A stretch of DNA of 63,231 nucleotides, counting the filler, from Saprolegnia diclina VS20 (Eukaryota): the NCBI RefSeq assembly GCF_000281045.1. It is 5 parts of one record of this genome, joined end to end, with 100 filler letters (N's around TTAATTAATTAA, not from the genome) between each part and the next. Parts side by side here need not be neighbours in the genome. Positions count along the whole stretch, not along the records: positions 1 to 26,473 come from NW_008246098.1; positions 26,574 to 45,567 come from NW_008246098.1; 3 more parts are not named here. One strand, written 5' to 3'. Positions 22,719 through 33,810 of this stretch are shown piece after piece. The position numbers were made by a program, and so were the translations under genes. The notes beneath the pieces are model-generated. The model was not told where the DNA came from. It saw nothing but the letters and a program-made list of their open reading frames with translations, and did no database searches. Positions within the stretch are counted from its first letter, which is position 1, and each line of letters begins with the position of its first letter.

Positions 22719-23993
22719 TTACGGTAATTTGACACCGTCTTGGAGCACGTCTTGGAGCGACCAGCCCCAGCCGCGGGTGCTGTCGGCGACCTTCCAGTTT
22801 GCATACACCCAACCGCGCGGCGCCTTGTTGACGACCGGGACGAGCTTGGCCGCGAGAGCTTGCTTGTCGGCCGGCGTCGTGGGCGCAGAGGCATTGGCAC
22901 CGACGCCGAGCGTCCACGCACCAATGAAAAGCGGCTCATGCGACTTCCAGCCGTCGATGCGAGCGGCCCACGTCGCCGGGTCGGAGGCCAGTGCCGTGTC
23001 GTTCATGCCTGGCAGCAGCTGCCACTCGTGCCACGCGTGCGTGATCTTCTCGGGCAGATCCGGGTTGATGAGAAAGTTCATGAACGTCTTGTCTTCCGAC
23101 ATGACGGACGCCACGTCGCCCGGTCGCTGGAACGACCGGCTCGCACACGTCGTCACGACCATCGATTCGGACAGGCCGCGCACGTTGCGATAGGCGTTCA
23201 TGTAGTAGTAGAGGAGCGACCGGAAATGCGCGCTGTCGTCCGGCGTCGAGAGGAGGCCAATGCCCAGGAGCGCCGGCGCCTTGGCGTACCGCGTGGCCAA
23301 AAAGATGGTCGTGTTGAGCGTCGTGTTGTACTTGGCGAGCGGGACCTTGGTGTCGCCCGGGTCGGGCCAGTGGTTCCCATTCATCGTCGCGTACAAGTCG
23401 ATGAGCACCGAGAGGTTGTACTTGGGTGCCCACGTCTGCACCGCTGTGTCGAGGTACGCGAGGGCGCCCGGCGCAAACGTCGCCCACAAGCTGCTCTTCG
23501 TGTCCGAGTTGGTCGTCGCACCGCCAATCCAGTACCCGACCGGAATGCGGATCGTGTTGAAGTTGGCAGCCGCGATCGCAGCAATGTCACTCTCGGTGAT
23601 CCAGCTCTTGCGGTGCGCCTCAAAGCGCGCGCCGAGCTGGCCTTTCACGCCGGCGGCCGCCGACGCGTACGCTGCCGCCGCGTCGACCTCGGTCCACGTC
23701 GCATTCGCCGGCAGGTCCTTCCAAATGTCAGAGCGCGGACTCATCCATTGCTCGGCGACGAGCCAGCCGCCAAGGTTGACGCCACGCACGGGCACGCGGC
23801 CGGCTGCGATCGCCTGCGCCACGTGGAATGTCGTCGGCGCAGGCCGCGCCGCCACGTGCAGGCCGACGATCGCGGCCGCGAGGATGCCGACGGGGAAGAG
23901 GAGCCAGATGACGCGCCGCAAGGACGCCTTGCAGCCGCTCACGCTCTCGCGGGGCGCGACCGTCTCGGCGTTCGGAACCGCCGGGCTCTTCAT
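22719..23993 (-). CDS. Membrane-anchored GH5 exo-1,3-beta-glucanase homologue, catalytic glutamates replaced
   Basis: RGVNLGGWLVAE, HRKSWITESD, NTIRIPVGYW, VLIDL, GWVYANWK and WSL motifs. N-terminal TM anchor. LLNEP reads LLSTP and GEWS reads GAWT. Confidence 0.9.
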   Translation of the reverse strand: MKSPAVPNAETVAPRESVSGCKASLRRVIWLLFPVGILAAAIVGLHVAARPAPTTFHVAQAIAAGRVPVRGVNLGGWLVAEQWMSPRSDIWKDLPANATWTEVDAAAAYASAAAGVKGQLGARFEAHRKSWITESDIAAIAAANFNTIRIPVGYWIGGATTNSDTKSSLWATFAPGALAYLDTAVQTWAPKYNLSVLIDLYATMNGNHWPDPGDTKVPLAKYNTTLNTTIFLATRYAKAPALLGIGLLSTPDDSAHFRSLLYYYMNAYRNVRGLSESMVVTTCASRSFQRPGDVASVMSEDKTFMNFLINPDLPEKITHAWHEWQLLPGMNDTALASDPATWAARIDGWKSHEPLFIGAWTLGVGANASAPTTPADKQALAAKLVPVVNKAPRGWVYANWKVADSTRGWGWSLQDVLQDGVKLP

Positions 23994-25016
23994 CGATTTG
24001 TGAGAAAGGCTGCACCGGACGTGAAGCGTACCGTAGGCTCAACCTACGGTTAGCACCGGTCGACGGCCGCCGGTGCGTCGCTGGTCGCGAGATGGTAAGC
24101 GCATTGGGATATCGCTGATGGACATGAGCGTAGCTGTCAAGGCCTGGCCGAGGGCGTAGTCGCTACAGCCATAGTGTCTTAGCTACCCTCTTGCGATAAC
24201 GTGTGCGATCTGAGTAGTTAGCATTACTTAGGCTAAGGGTCTTGAGAGTTATGGGCCAGGAGCCTAAGTGTAGTACAGATTGTGAGAACCAAAGTCCGCA
24301 AATAATTGGTTCATTCCACCCACCTGAATTCGCTTAGATGAGTGAATAGAAGATGCAGCAACGCGTGTGATTGGATACAGCTGTGGCAAAGTGCACTTTT
24401 GGAGCGAATATGGGCGAGAGCCAGAACGCAGGACGTGTGCAATGACGTGTGACGCCATAGAGTCGGCCTTGCCACGAGCATCGGCCGAGGTGGCGCTGTG
24501 CACGCAGTGGCAAATGCCGACTTATAGCAAGGGTTAATGCACTGTGTATTGACCCTAGCTACTAGCGATGAGGTTTTACGTACACTAGTTGTGGCTCACA
24601 GTATAAACTTACTGGTATCGTGCGCAACACTCGATTTTAGGTTGGCAGTAGGGCCAGGAGTTAAGTGTCGTCGCGTCGGTTGTCCAAGCCAAGCCAATTC
24701 CCTTGGTCCAAGCTAACGACAGCGCATTCTACTCTGCTTGTTTCCGAGGCGGGACTTGTTCCATGATCTCTCTCAGGAACGCAGGTTCGTTCTCCGTCGG
24801 ATGCATGCTTGGAGCTACAACTTTGAGAAGGCTGGAGCAGGTACGCTTGGACTGTTCAAGCTCAAAAGATGCCCTGATATCGCCCGCTATCGTAATGCGT
24901 TTGCTTGGAAGGTCATGAATGACACTGTGTACACAATTTCCGAAATCGATCGTGTGTAACGTAAAAATAACGATCAAATGAATTTATGAGGCTCACGTCG
25001 TTTGTCCACGAAAACA

Positions 25017-26021
25017 CTAGACACTATGGTACGATTTGGCATTGTCATCGTCGCCATTGTCGTCCGCGTTGATGTTGTCCTTCGTATCGTTCTGGTTCTC
25101 GGAGGACGGAGAACGGCAGCACCGGTTTTCGAGGGTGTACACTAGTAGAGCAATCCAGACAAGGATGAAGCCGGCGAGCTTGGCCATCGAGAGTTCTTCG
25201 TGGTAGATGCAAACGCCCACGAGAAACTGGAGGCTCGGCGTGATGTACTGCAGCACACCGAGCAGCGTCATGGGCACGGTCTTGGCGCCGGACGAAAAGA
25301 AAAGGAGCGGCACGATCGTCAAGACGCCGGCACCGACAAGAAGCACCTGGGTCTTCGCACTGCCGTGGCCAAACGCCGGGTCCAGTCCCTTGACTTGAAC
25401 GACAATCAAGTAGGCCAGTGCAAAGGGACTCAAGAGCAGTGTCTCGACGGCCAGACCGTAGAACGACGAGAGCGGTGCCGTCTTCTTGACGAGCCCGTAC
25501 AAAGCAAACGTCAAGGCGACGGTCAGCGCGATCCACGGGAACTTGCCGTACGCAACGGCCGTCACGACAAGACCTGCAGTCGCGAGCCCCATCGCTGCCC
25601 ACTGCCATGCAGCGAGGCGCTCATGGAAGAGGACGACACCGAAGGCGACGTAGATGAGCGGGTTGATGAATGCGCCGAGGCTCGCCTCGACAATGTAGCC
25701 GGCGTTCATGGCCCAAATACAGATGAGCCAATTTCCAGTGACAAAGAGACTCGAGAGAAGGTACGTACCGAGGACACGGCGGCTGGCGATCGCACTAAGA
25801 AAGGCCTGGCGATGACCAAAGCACAGCAGCCAGAGAACGAGGACGAGGCACGACCAGACGAGGCGGTGGCACACGAGCTGCAGCGCGGGCGTCGACGCGA
25901 CCTGCTTCCAGTAGATGGGAATGAAACCCCAAATCGTAAACGCCGCTGTGAGCTGCAGGACGCCCGCTGTACTCATTTCCAATCCAAATGCAAAATGCGG
26001 CGCTGGAGACCTTGAAGCCAT
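25017..26021 (-). CDS. rarD: RarD-type EamA/DMT transporter (start 26021 or 25976)
   Basis: WGFIPIYWK, HRLVWS, NWLICIWA, EASLGAFINPL, FHERL, PWIAL..ALTFALYGLVKK, GLAVET and LGVLQYITPSLQF match RarD. About 10 TM helices; intronless. Confidence 0.88.
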   Translation of the reverse strand: MASRSPAPHFAFGLEMSTAGVLQLTAAFTIWGFIPIYWKQVASTPALQLVCHRLVWSCLVLVLWLLCFGHRQAFLSAIASRRVLGTYLLSSLFVTGNWLICIWAMNAGYIVEASLGAFINPLIYVAFGVVLFHERLAAWQWAAMGLATAGLVVTAVAYGKFPWIALTVALTFALYGLVKKTAPLSSFYGLAVETLLLSPFALAYLIVVQVKGLDPAFGHGSAKTQVLLVGAGVLTIVPLLFFSSGAKTVPMTLLGVLQYITPSLQFLVGVCIYHEELSMAKLAGFILVWIALLVYTLENRCCRSPSSENQNDTKDNINADDNGDDDNAKSYHSV

Positions 26022-26473
26022 ATCGAGTTGGAACATTGGCGAAACGCGACGAAGGTATGAGAGCCAAGCAGCACCATTCCTTTGTGACTGCGTGGACAGC
26101 GGGACAGCGGGTGAGAACCATCTGGCGTCGATGGACCTTCACTGAGCTCGAGTCCACCGTATTGTGAATGAAGGTCTTACTACGTACAGCACCACAGAAC
26201 CGGCACTTGCCAGCGCAACTTGGTGGCAATAGCACCCTTACCTGTGAGCGATACAGAGCCACCGGTGAGCAGTTCTCTTCACACGCTGTTATCCATGGAA
26301 TTTGTGACGTTGGTCCATGGTGACGGTGTAGACTGACGGTTACTCGGCGGTTTCTGTCGCTCGTCTCACGACGCACGAGTGGTCAAGAAGAGCCGTCGCC
26401 GAGAAGCAGTCGACCTGACCATGACAATACGCCTTACATGTCCCCCGGACGCTCGTTGACTATCTCGGGGCGT

Positions 26474-26573
26474 NNNNNNNNNNNNNNNNNNNNNNNNNNN
26501 NNNNNNNNNNNNNNNNNTTAATTAATTAANNNNNNNNNNNNNNNNNNNNNNNNNNNNNNNNNNNNNNNNNNNN
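26474..26573. other. Assembly gap with TTAATTAATTAA linker
   Basis: 100-nt N run containing a six-frame-stop linker. Confidence 0.98.
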
Positions 26574-27007
26574 TTATTTTGTTGTCTAGAACCCTAGTCG
26601 TGTGGTACACTGTCGACTGTACAGACATATGCGTCGTGCAATGTGGTGTTTTTATGGCCCAATTGCGTCCAGGGTTTGTTTATATGAAGATTCTTTACGG
26701 ACCCGAGTTTGCGGAGTGGAATATATCGTCATGTAGTATATTCACTTGCATTTCCTGATAGACGCTCTACTTCTGCAGGTTGCAAAGGTGCGGGCGAGAT
26801 GACGGCGACGTGCCCTACACATGCATTCCAAATGCGAGTCGGTATACCTCGCCTGTCGGACCATGCCACATCGCACACCGCCCATCATAAGAAAAAATGT
26901 TCCGATACAGCTCACATGAGCATGAGCCTCCGTCCGCCGTACCCCATGGCAAGCGGTGAGAGTCCCACGGCGCGCGGACCAGCGCAAAAGCTCCTTGATG
27001 TTGCTTT

Positions 27008-27022
27008 TCATTTTCAAATTGC
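27008..27022 (+). promoter_or_regulatory. Oomycete INR+FPR-like core promoter
   Basis: TCATTTTCAAATTGC just upstream of ATG 27030. Confidence 0.5.
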
Positions 27023-27029
27023 AACAGCG

Positions 27030-27326
27030 ATGACGACGAAGCGCGAGCTATCGGACAAGACGCTCGAGCGCAACCGCGAGCGGTCCAAGCAATACTACGC
27101 CACGAACCGCGACAAGGTCCTGGCGAAACTCAAGTCCAAATATGCGATGAAGCGCGAGGCCGAGACCCAAGCCTACTATGAAAAGCACCGGCACTTTTTC
27201 GAGAGCTATTTCAATGTCGCAACCCCCGAACCTTTGTCGACCAACGGCAATGAAAGGGTCAACTCGTCGACGCAGGAAACAACGGCTGCCGCGGGCCCTC
27301 TGGATTTGTCCTTTATCCTGAATTAA
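27030..27326 (+). CDS. Small basic-helix protein ending LSFILN
   Basis: 98 aa: RELSDKTLERNRERSKQYYATNRDKVLAKLKSKY. Paralogues at 29130 and 61308. Confidence 0.75.
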   Translation: MTTKRELSDKTLERNRERSKQYYATNRDKVLAKLKSKYAMKREAETQAYYEKHRHFFESYFNVATPEPLSTNGNERVNSSTQETTAAAGPLDLSFILN

Positions 27327-29129
27327 TGTCGTAAAATTATCTTCTTTTTCTCTACTTGCAACATCGAAATTGGACAAAAGGTAGTGCGCGTTTACGTTTC
27401 GAGCCCGGCATACCAACGTGTCTGTGGCACCAAAATGACTCCACCCGAAGGACATCAATGATCGACACACTCCTAGCGTCTACGCGCGTATAGTAGAGGT
27501 AGCATGGACCATAACTCTCTAAGGATCTACAAAAAGATCAAGGCGAGGCCACGGGCCCGAAGCGCGGACGGTCGCCTGCATGACGCTGCAAAGCTCGGAC
27601 GGCGACGAAGAACTAGATCGCGCGATCATCATACCCAGACCCATCTTGTATGCGATATGAGACACTCGAGCTAGAACACAACCCATTGCGTGGCCCACTA
27701 CTGTCGGACCATCGGGGCTGAGTGTCAGAGCTGCTATTACGGTACCGCACCCCCACAATGGCCATCTTGAACGTTCTGGCGTCTCATATCCGGATAGACC
27801 CACAAGGGTCGCATTGGCACTCCAAGCGCCATGGTTAAAGCGTATCTGAACGAGCAATTGTCGATCAGAAGCAAACGCTGTGATCTAGATGTAGTACCGG
27901 TAAGGCTGTTAGAGCACAGGAGAGCCCGCAATTATTGCCAAAACCTGAGTCCGAGGTGCCACGCAAAAGATGTGATGGGGACGCGGCTTGATGTAATAAC
28001 CCCTAAAACTACGCGCAACAGAGCTTTCTTCACGGGGGGAACGAGCACTGGTGGCTGCGTCAGGGTACATTCTCATGGCACTGGGAGGCCTGGCACTGGG
28101 GTGCGGAGTGAGGAGCATCAGGCGCGATTGATTGCGGGAAAGCGAGGGTCGTACGTCAACATGCAGTGTGGTGGCTGCAGTGTGCGGCTGGGACATGACC
28201 ACGCAACGACACCCTCACAGCTTCTGATTAGCTAACCGAGCCACGTACGGGGCCACAGTCATTGGCCACTTGCGAATCCTATCTGAGATTTGATTGGCGG
28301 TTTCAAATACAGCACGCGGATTGGTCAAGAATGGACGGGCTAACATCCAGCGCGGCTTACCACCATTTGTGCGCGGTATCATGAGACGAAGATGAGGTTT
28401 GTATTCCACGAGCCACAAGCCATAGACAGCAGCAAAACACGCTAGATGTGGTCGTCGATAGCACACATTTTGCGCGGCGACGACGCCCATTCATCACCAG
28501 TTTTTCCCGCCAAGAGAAGGGTCAACTGGCTCATTGCTTGTGCAACTTCCTACCATAACTATGACATACAAGCATCCCAACAGTGCGTGGCAACACACAC
28601 GATGTGCCAGTAGGATACAGGTCACCGTCAGTATATAGGTCCTGGATATATCCAACATCGCATGGATAGGGTGCCCAGGACACTCGACACCGACGTGTTC
28701 TTTGCACGTTGTTGTTGCAGTGAGTCTCGTTAGCTAGTATAATTTACACTGAACTAGTTTTGGGGTTGGACTTTTGACTTTGAGCGTGTTGTGCTAGACG
28801 GCAGCAGCGGCGAGGCTTAGCCGTGTTGAGGGTGAGGCGTATGCATGGCGCAAGCCGCGACAAAGTGGTCACGAAGCCAGGCGTCTTGGCGCAGCGCGTT
28901 CATCATTTGAAAGAGGCACATCGCTTGCGTATTCAGCAAGTGGTGGTGTTCTTTGCATGTTCAATGGGCCAGCATCAACCCATGTGTGGTGCAAGAGACA
29001 TACACTCTGCCACGAACGTTTGCTAACCGACGTGCTTTCTCCAGTGTCCCAGCCGCTTAATGACCCATGGGACGTGGTGCACCTACAACACGAAAAATCG
29101 CTGCCGGAATGCACTTGACAAGGCTGTCG

Positions 29130-29375
29130 ATGGATGACAAAGGACCCTCGAAACGCACGCTGTCGCCGCAGACACGTGAGCGCAACCGGGCCCGTGCGCG
29201 CAAGTACTATGAACGGCACCGCGACGAAGTGCTCGCCCGACTCAAGGCGCGCTACGAGGCCAAGTGCGCGCGGCAGCGCGCCGAACGCCGCCGGCGAAAG
29301 CACCTGCATCTGCAAACAAAGTGGCGACGACACCCCCCGATCGACCGCATGTGTCTCGCGTTTCTCCTCAACTAG
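29130..29375 (+). CDS. Small basic-helix protein ending LAFLLN
   Basis: RTLSPQTRERNRARARKYYERHRDEVLARLKARY; same family as 27030. Start may be 29067 or 29109. Confidence 0.72.
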   Translation: MDDKGPSKRTLSPQTRERNRARARKYYERHRDEVLARLKARYEAKCARQRAERRRRKHLHLQTKWRRHPPIDRMCLAFLLN

Positions 29376-30018
29376 TTCCCAGCTTGAGGCGTTCAGAGGA
29401 TAACATTGTACATTGATTGCATACTCCTTCGCTGGGCGCAGACGACATCGAGATAGCGTCCGCCAACGTCGCCCGACGTGGTATAGGCGAAACACATAAT
29501 AGCGTCAAGACCGATGGACGCGGATGGCGGCCACGCCAAACAGGCTTGACGCCGTCGCAGAGGTGCGCTTCATCGATCACGATGACATTGTCGATTCAAA
29601 AGCGAGCGACCCCAGGCGGACCTTGTGTACGCAGAGGTTTGTCAAACCAACACACGCGTGTTAGCTACGCGTGTTGCTCTCCATCAACCAACATAAGCTA
29701 CCTTTGGCCAATGCTCCGCGCCTGAGTCTGGTTCAACGTCTGGCGCGTCCGTCCCACTACCAAGCCCATGGACGATTGCCGTCAAAGCGGCGCGTGTCGC
29801 TCAAATGCACTTGCACCACAGCCTCGTTCAAATCCCAGGGCAGATGGCTCTCCGTCGCCTTCTCCGGCTCCTCGCTCAACACGAGTGGCCGCGCCAGCAC
29901 CTTGTCCCGCGGATTGCGCTCCTGCCTCCGCATACGTATCGATTTTAATAGACGACCCACTTCAACAACAATCAACAAAAGGGTTAGGTACTAGCAATGC
30001 ATCTATATTGTAACAAGT

Positions 30019-32721
30019 TCAAGCCGACCGCGGCGACAAGCGGCGCTGGCGCTTGGCTGCGTGGCGGTCGTCGTCGTCCAACGCGGCAAGCCCGGCTTCG
30101 TCCAGAGCGTGCTCGTAGAAGGTCCAGTGACGTGGCTTTAGCAGCACGACGTGGGACCCCGTCGGGCTGTCGTCGATCGCGACGCCGGCGGGCAACAAGA
30201 GCTTCTCGGCGGCGCCGTACAAGGGGCAAAGACCCTGCTGGGGCAAGCGGAGTAGCGACCGCGTCGCGTCCGAGAGGAAGGCCGTGATCGCACTGCACTG
30301 GACGCAGTCGCACGGCAACTGCACGCTAGTGATGCTCCAGTTGGGCCGATTTGGCAGCACTTCGTTGGCCAGATGGCGCTGGAGCACGGGCCGCGCCAAT
30401 GTCGCCAGCCATGCTGCGAGATCGATGTCGTCGTCGTGCACGAGCTCATGGAGCGGCACAAGGACATACCGAGCAAACGCAACGTCATGGAGCTGACGAT
30501 GCGACGTCAGAGCGCGTCGCCACACGTCCAAAGGGCCGTCGAGACGGCGCAGGAGCAACAGCATGGCCCGTAGCACTGCAAGTTCGTCCCGCAAAAGCAT
30601 TTCAATGACGTCGGGCGGGTTTTCGCGCATCTCGTCATCACCGTCCAAGTCCGGGTCCTGGTCCTCGGCCAAGAAGGCGTTGACGAGCGTCAACAGCGGG
30701 TCACGGATCAGTGCCAACGTCGGCGGGTCGTCGAGGAGCTGCACCAGAGCTGGCAACACAAACCGCCCGAGCCACGATTGCGCGTGCTGCAGCAAAAGCG
30801 GCAGCGCATTTGCAGCTCGAGCGACACGAACGAGCGCAGCGAGCACGGCGTCGTCAAGGATGCCGTGGAGACGGTCCAAGCAGCTTGGAAACGTCGCAAA
30901 GACATTCCGCAGCCACGGCCGCAGATGCAAGCTCGTGTCGTCACTCCTTGTCGCGGGCAACAGCGGGTCGATCGCGAGAGCGACGCCCCGAATCGGGTGG
31001 AACGCGGTCGGGTACGTTGCCAGCAGCGTCTCCAACGTCGATGCGCGGTACGCATCCACGTGGCGCACAAGACTTGGCGGCAGTTTGGCGCCGAGCCACG
31101 ATGTCTCGACTGTCTCGGACGTCGAGTGAAAGGACGCTTCCAATACGAGACCGTGGGTGAGGAGCGCGGGCGGCACCGACGTAGGCGTCAGCGGTGCTTC
31201 GGGCATCGACAGGAGCGCTTGCAATAGAGCGTGCCAGCTCTCGAGAAGACACTCGCGCGCAAACGGCTGCGTGCGCAGCGATGTAGCAAGATGCGAGAGA
31301 AGCTCGGCGCCCTTGGCTGCGCCACACCACGTGGCGCCGGCGCGAGAGAGCAGGTGCAGCAATGCGTCGTACAGTTGTGGCCAGCCATAGGTCTGCAGCA
31401 CGTGAGTGATCCAGTGCACCATCGCATCAAAGTAGTAGACGTCGCTCAAGTCGACGGCATCGCGCAGAAAAGCCTGAATGAGCGGCAGGCGGTTGAGGGC
31501 GACCAGCGCGGCGCCGAGGGTCGTTGGCGACGGCAAGTCAAATGGGTGCGTGTGGACGACGTCGATGGCGGCAAAGGCGTCGATCGCAGCCAACGCGATA
31601 GCGTCCACCTCTGACGGCACCGACGACTGCAGCGCGGTGAGCGTTGCTTGGAAACCACGGATGCGCCATCGGTGTTGTTTGGGCCAGAGTACGAGGTAGT
31701 CGGGCGACCGGCGGCGCGACTCGTTGACGGCGAGGCCGACGAGCGGGGCTTGGCAAAAGGCCCGTTGCACCGCCGTTGGCACGTCGGCGTCTGGCACAAA
31801 GAGAGCCTCTGCAATCTCAATCGGCATATCGTCGTCGCCAAGCAAGTACGCGTCAAAGGCGTCGTCGAGAGACGGCGTGGCGCGGACCAGCGCGACGTCA
31901 AAGGCGGACGTGGCGAGCACAGCATGGAGAAATGCCCGGTCCGCCGAGCGCAGCGCGTCGAACGAGAGCGGTGTCGTTGGCCGATGGCTGCAGCTGTAGA
32001 GCGCAGCCGTGTAGCGCTGGCGCGGGCAACGCGCGGCCGACAGCAGTGCGTCGTGCACGCTCAGGCTATGGTTCGTTCCGGGCTCGGCGGCGTCGTAGAC
32101 CAAGTCGAAAACAAGCAGCGCCCGGTGGCCGTCGCTTAATGAAGTCATGGTCACACTCGATGTGTTGAGGAACGCGCAGTAGCTCCAGCGCATGTGCTCG
32201 GCAGAGGTCGACCACGTGATGGCGTCGCGCGCGCCCGTGACCGTGACGTCGCCGCCCGCGTGGCGGTCGATGGCCGGCGCGAGCAGCAGCAGCGTGCCGA
32301 ACGACGACTCGCTCGGGTTGCGCGCGAGCAGATGGCTGGTCGATGTGACGCCGCTGCTCTCGAGCACGAGGTGCGACAGCTCGGCGCTGAACGCCGAGCG
32401 GATGCCAAGGCGCTTCCGGACGTCGTGTGCGATTGCGTCGAGAAGCGGCTCGTCCATATCGTCGCTGAACGTGGCTTGCGCCGATGGCACAACGACGCAC
32501 GCGTGGTCGTCGCCGTGGAAGAGCTCCATGAGCACGTCGCGCTCGTCCGTGTAGAGCGGCCACGCGATCGGGCTCTCGAGCCCATCGACGTCGAGGCCCG
32601 GCACCTCATCGGGCGGCTGCAGCGTCTGGGACACGCAGTGGGCACCGGTCGCGCTCGCGAGGCTGTGCAGCGCCGATGCGTACGCGGCGGCGACGCCGTC
32701 GTCGGTCATGTGCAGCGCCAT
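30019..32721 (-). CDS. About 900-aa protein with degenerate N-terminal 2OG-Fe(II) oxygenase-like domain and C-terminal CxCxxC motif
   Basis: SFGTLLLLAP..HAGGDVTV and GHRALLVFDL, plus C-terminal NWSI..LPCDCVQCSAITAFLSD, as in long 2OG-oxygenase-domain proteins. HxD and distal His are not recognisable. Confidence 0.75.
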   Translation of the reverse strand: MALHMTDDGVAAAYASALHSLASATGAHCVSQTLQPPDEVPGLDVDGLESPIAWPLYTDERDVLMELFHGDDHACVVVPSAQATFSDDMDEPLLDAIAHDVRKRLGIRSAFSAELSHLVLESSGVTSTSHLLARNPSESSFGTLLLLAPAIDRHAGGDVTVTGARDAITWSTSAEHMRWSYCAFLNTSSVTMTSLSDGHRALLVFDLVYDAAEPGTNHSLSVHDALLSAARCPRQRYTAALYSCSHRPTTPLSFDALRSADRAFLHAVLATSAFDVALVRATPSLDDAFDAYLLGDDDMPIEIAEALFVPDADVPTAVQRAFCQAPLVGLAVNESRRRSPDYLVLWPKQHRWRIRGFQATLTALQSSVPSEVDAIALAAIDAFAAIDVVHTHPFDLPSPTTLGAALVALNRLPLIQAFLRDAVDLSDVYYFDAMVHWITHVLQTYGWPQLYDALLHLLSRAGATWCGAAKGAELLSHLATSLRTQPFARECLLESWHALLQALLSMPEAPLTPTSVPPALLTHGLVLEASFHSTSETVETSWLGAKLPPSLVRHVDAYRASTLETLLATYPTAFHPIRGVALAIDPLLPATRSDDTSLHLRPWLRNVFATFPSCLDRLHGILDDAVLAALVRVARAANALPLLLQHAQSWLGRFVLPALVQLLDDPPTLALIRDPLLTLVNAFLAEDQDPDLDGDDEMRENPPDVIEMLLRDELAVLRAMLLLLRRLDGPLDVWRRALTSHRQLHDVAFARYVLVPLHELVHDDDIDLAAWLATLARPVLQRHLANEVLPNRPNWSITSVQLPCDCVQCSAITAFLSDATRSLLRLPQQGLCPLYGAAEKLLLPAGVAIDDSPTGSHVVLLKPRHWTFYEHALDEAGLAALDDDDRHAAKRQRRLSPRSA

Positions 32722-33810
32722 CGCGATTTTGCCAATGGCCCGTGCCAGGATGAGGCGCACGGACCAGCTGGTGTCGGAGCAATCTCGAACGGTGCGTGAA
32801 AAGACGGTGAATATGCTGTAAAATACGCAAAACCCGTCAATTTCCGGATAAAACGAGCATTGTGCCGGTCTTTTCGCGCAAAAACTGGACGTGGACAGGT
32901 CCTCGGGTGACGCGGTCGGTCAACTTCAGACAAGTTGGCGCGCGACCGGAAGAAATGCCGTGGCTTTGGTGCGAATTCCACGTACGTGGCGCCGGCAGAT
33001 GCTCGGCGGTGGGCAAAATACGAGACAAGGCGGGGCACGGTAGCCCGGCTGCTGACATTTGTGTTGGCCAACGCATCACAAGAGCGGTGCGACTAGTCGC
33101 ATGTCAAAGATCAACACATTGTCTATTCGTTGTACGATGTACGGGGTCCTCCACGAGGGTTCATCAGTGCACGTACGGAGAGGCGACGGGTGAGGGCGTC
33201 TGCGTGCGTAGACCTGCGGTGGCCAACGCGGACTGCATGACAACATATGTTCCAGTGCTTGTACCACAGCAATGTCTTGCAGATGAAGCCTCGAAGCCAT
33301 GCATTTGGTACAAGCAAATCTCTTGGCCAGTTGCGTTGGCGTCGACAACGGCGCGCAGTGCACGCACTTCGTACACGAGACGGATCCCATCGACGGCTAG
33401 CATGCAACTCGACAGAAAAGTTACTCGTAAAAAGGTTAGGGTGGAAGGTTTAAATGTTTCCGAGTGAAGCTATGCGATACGCTTGCACATGGCCAATCGT
33501 GTATTAATGCATTAAGAATGCAGCCAATGTACTAGCGTACGCAGGATCTTGTGCAAACGCTTGTCGTTGAAAAGTTGAGTTTTGCGTTGGACGATCTGAC
33601 TTTGCCCACTCAACGAAACGCATTCTGACACAACAACCGTACTACAAGTATAGTCCCTAAAATAGCTGCCGCTCGACAAGGGCAAGGTTGCTCGTTCGTC
33701 CCAAAATGTCGAGTCCGGCGCGCCGTCACCCGCTGCGGCCGTCCCACGCCGTACGCCAACTTGTCCGAAAGCCATGTGACAAAGTGTCTTTGCACGCGTA
33801 GACTGCAACG

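Noticed and set aside
26518..26529. TTAATTAATTAA palindrome inside all four N runs
   Set aside because: Artificial six-frame-stop scaffolding linker, not biological.
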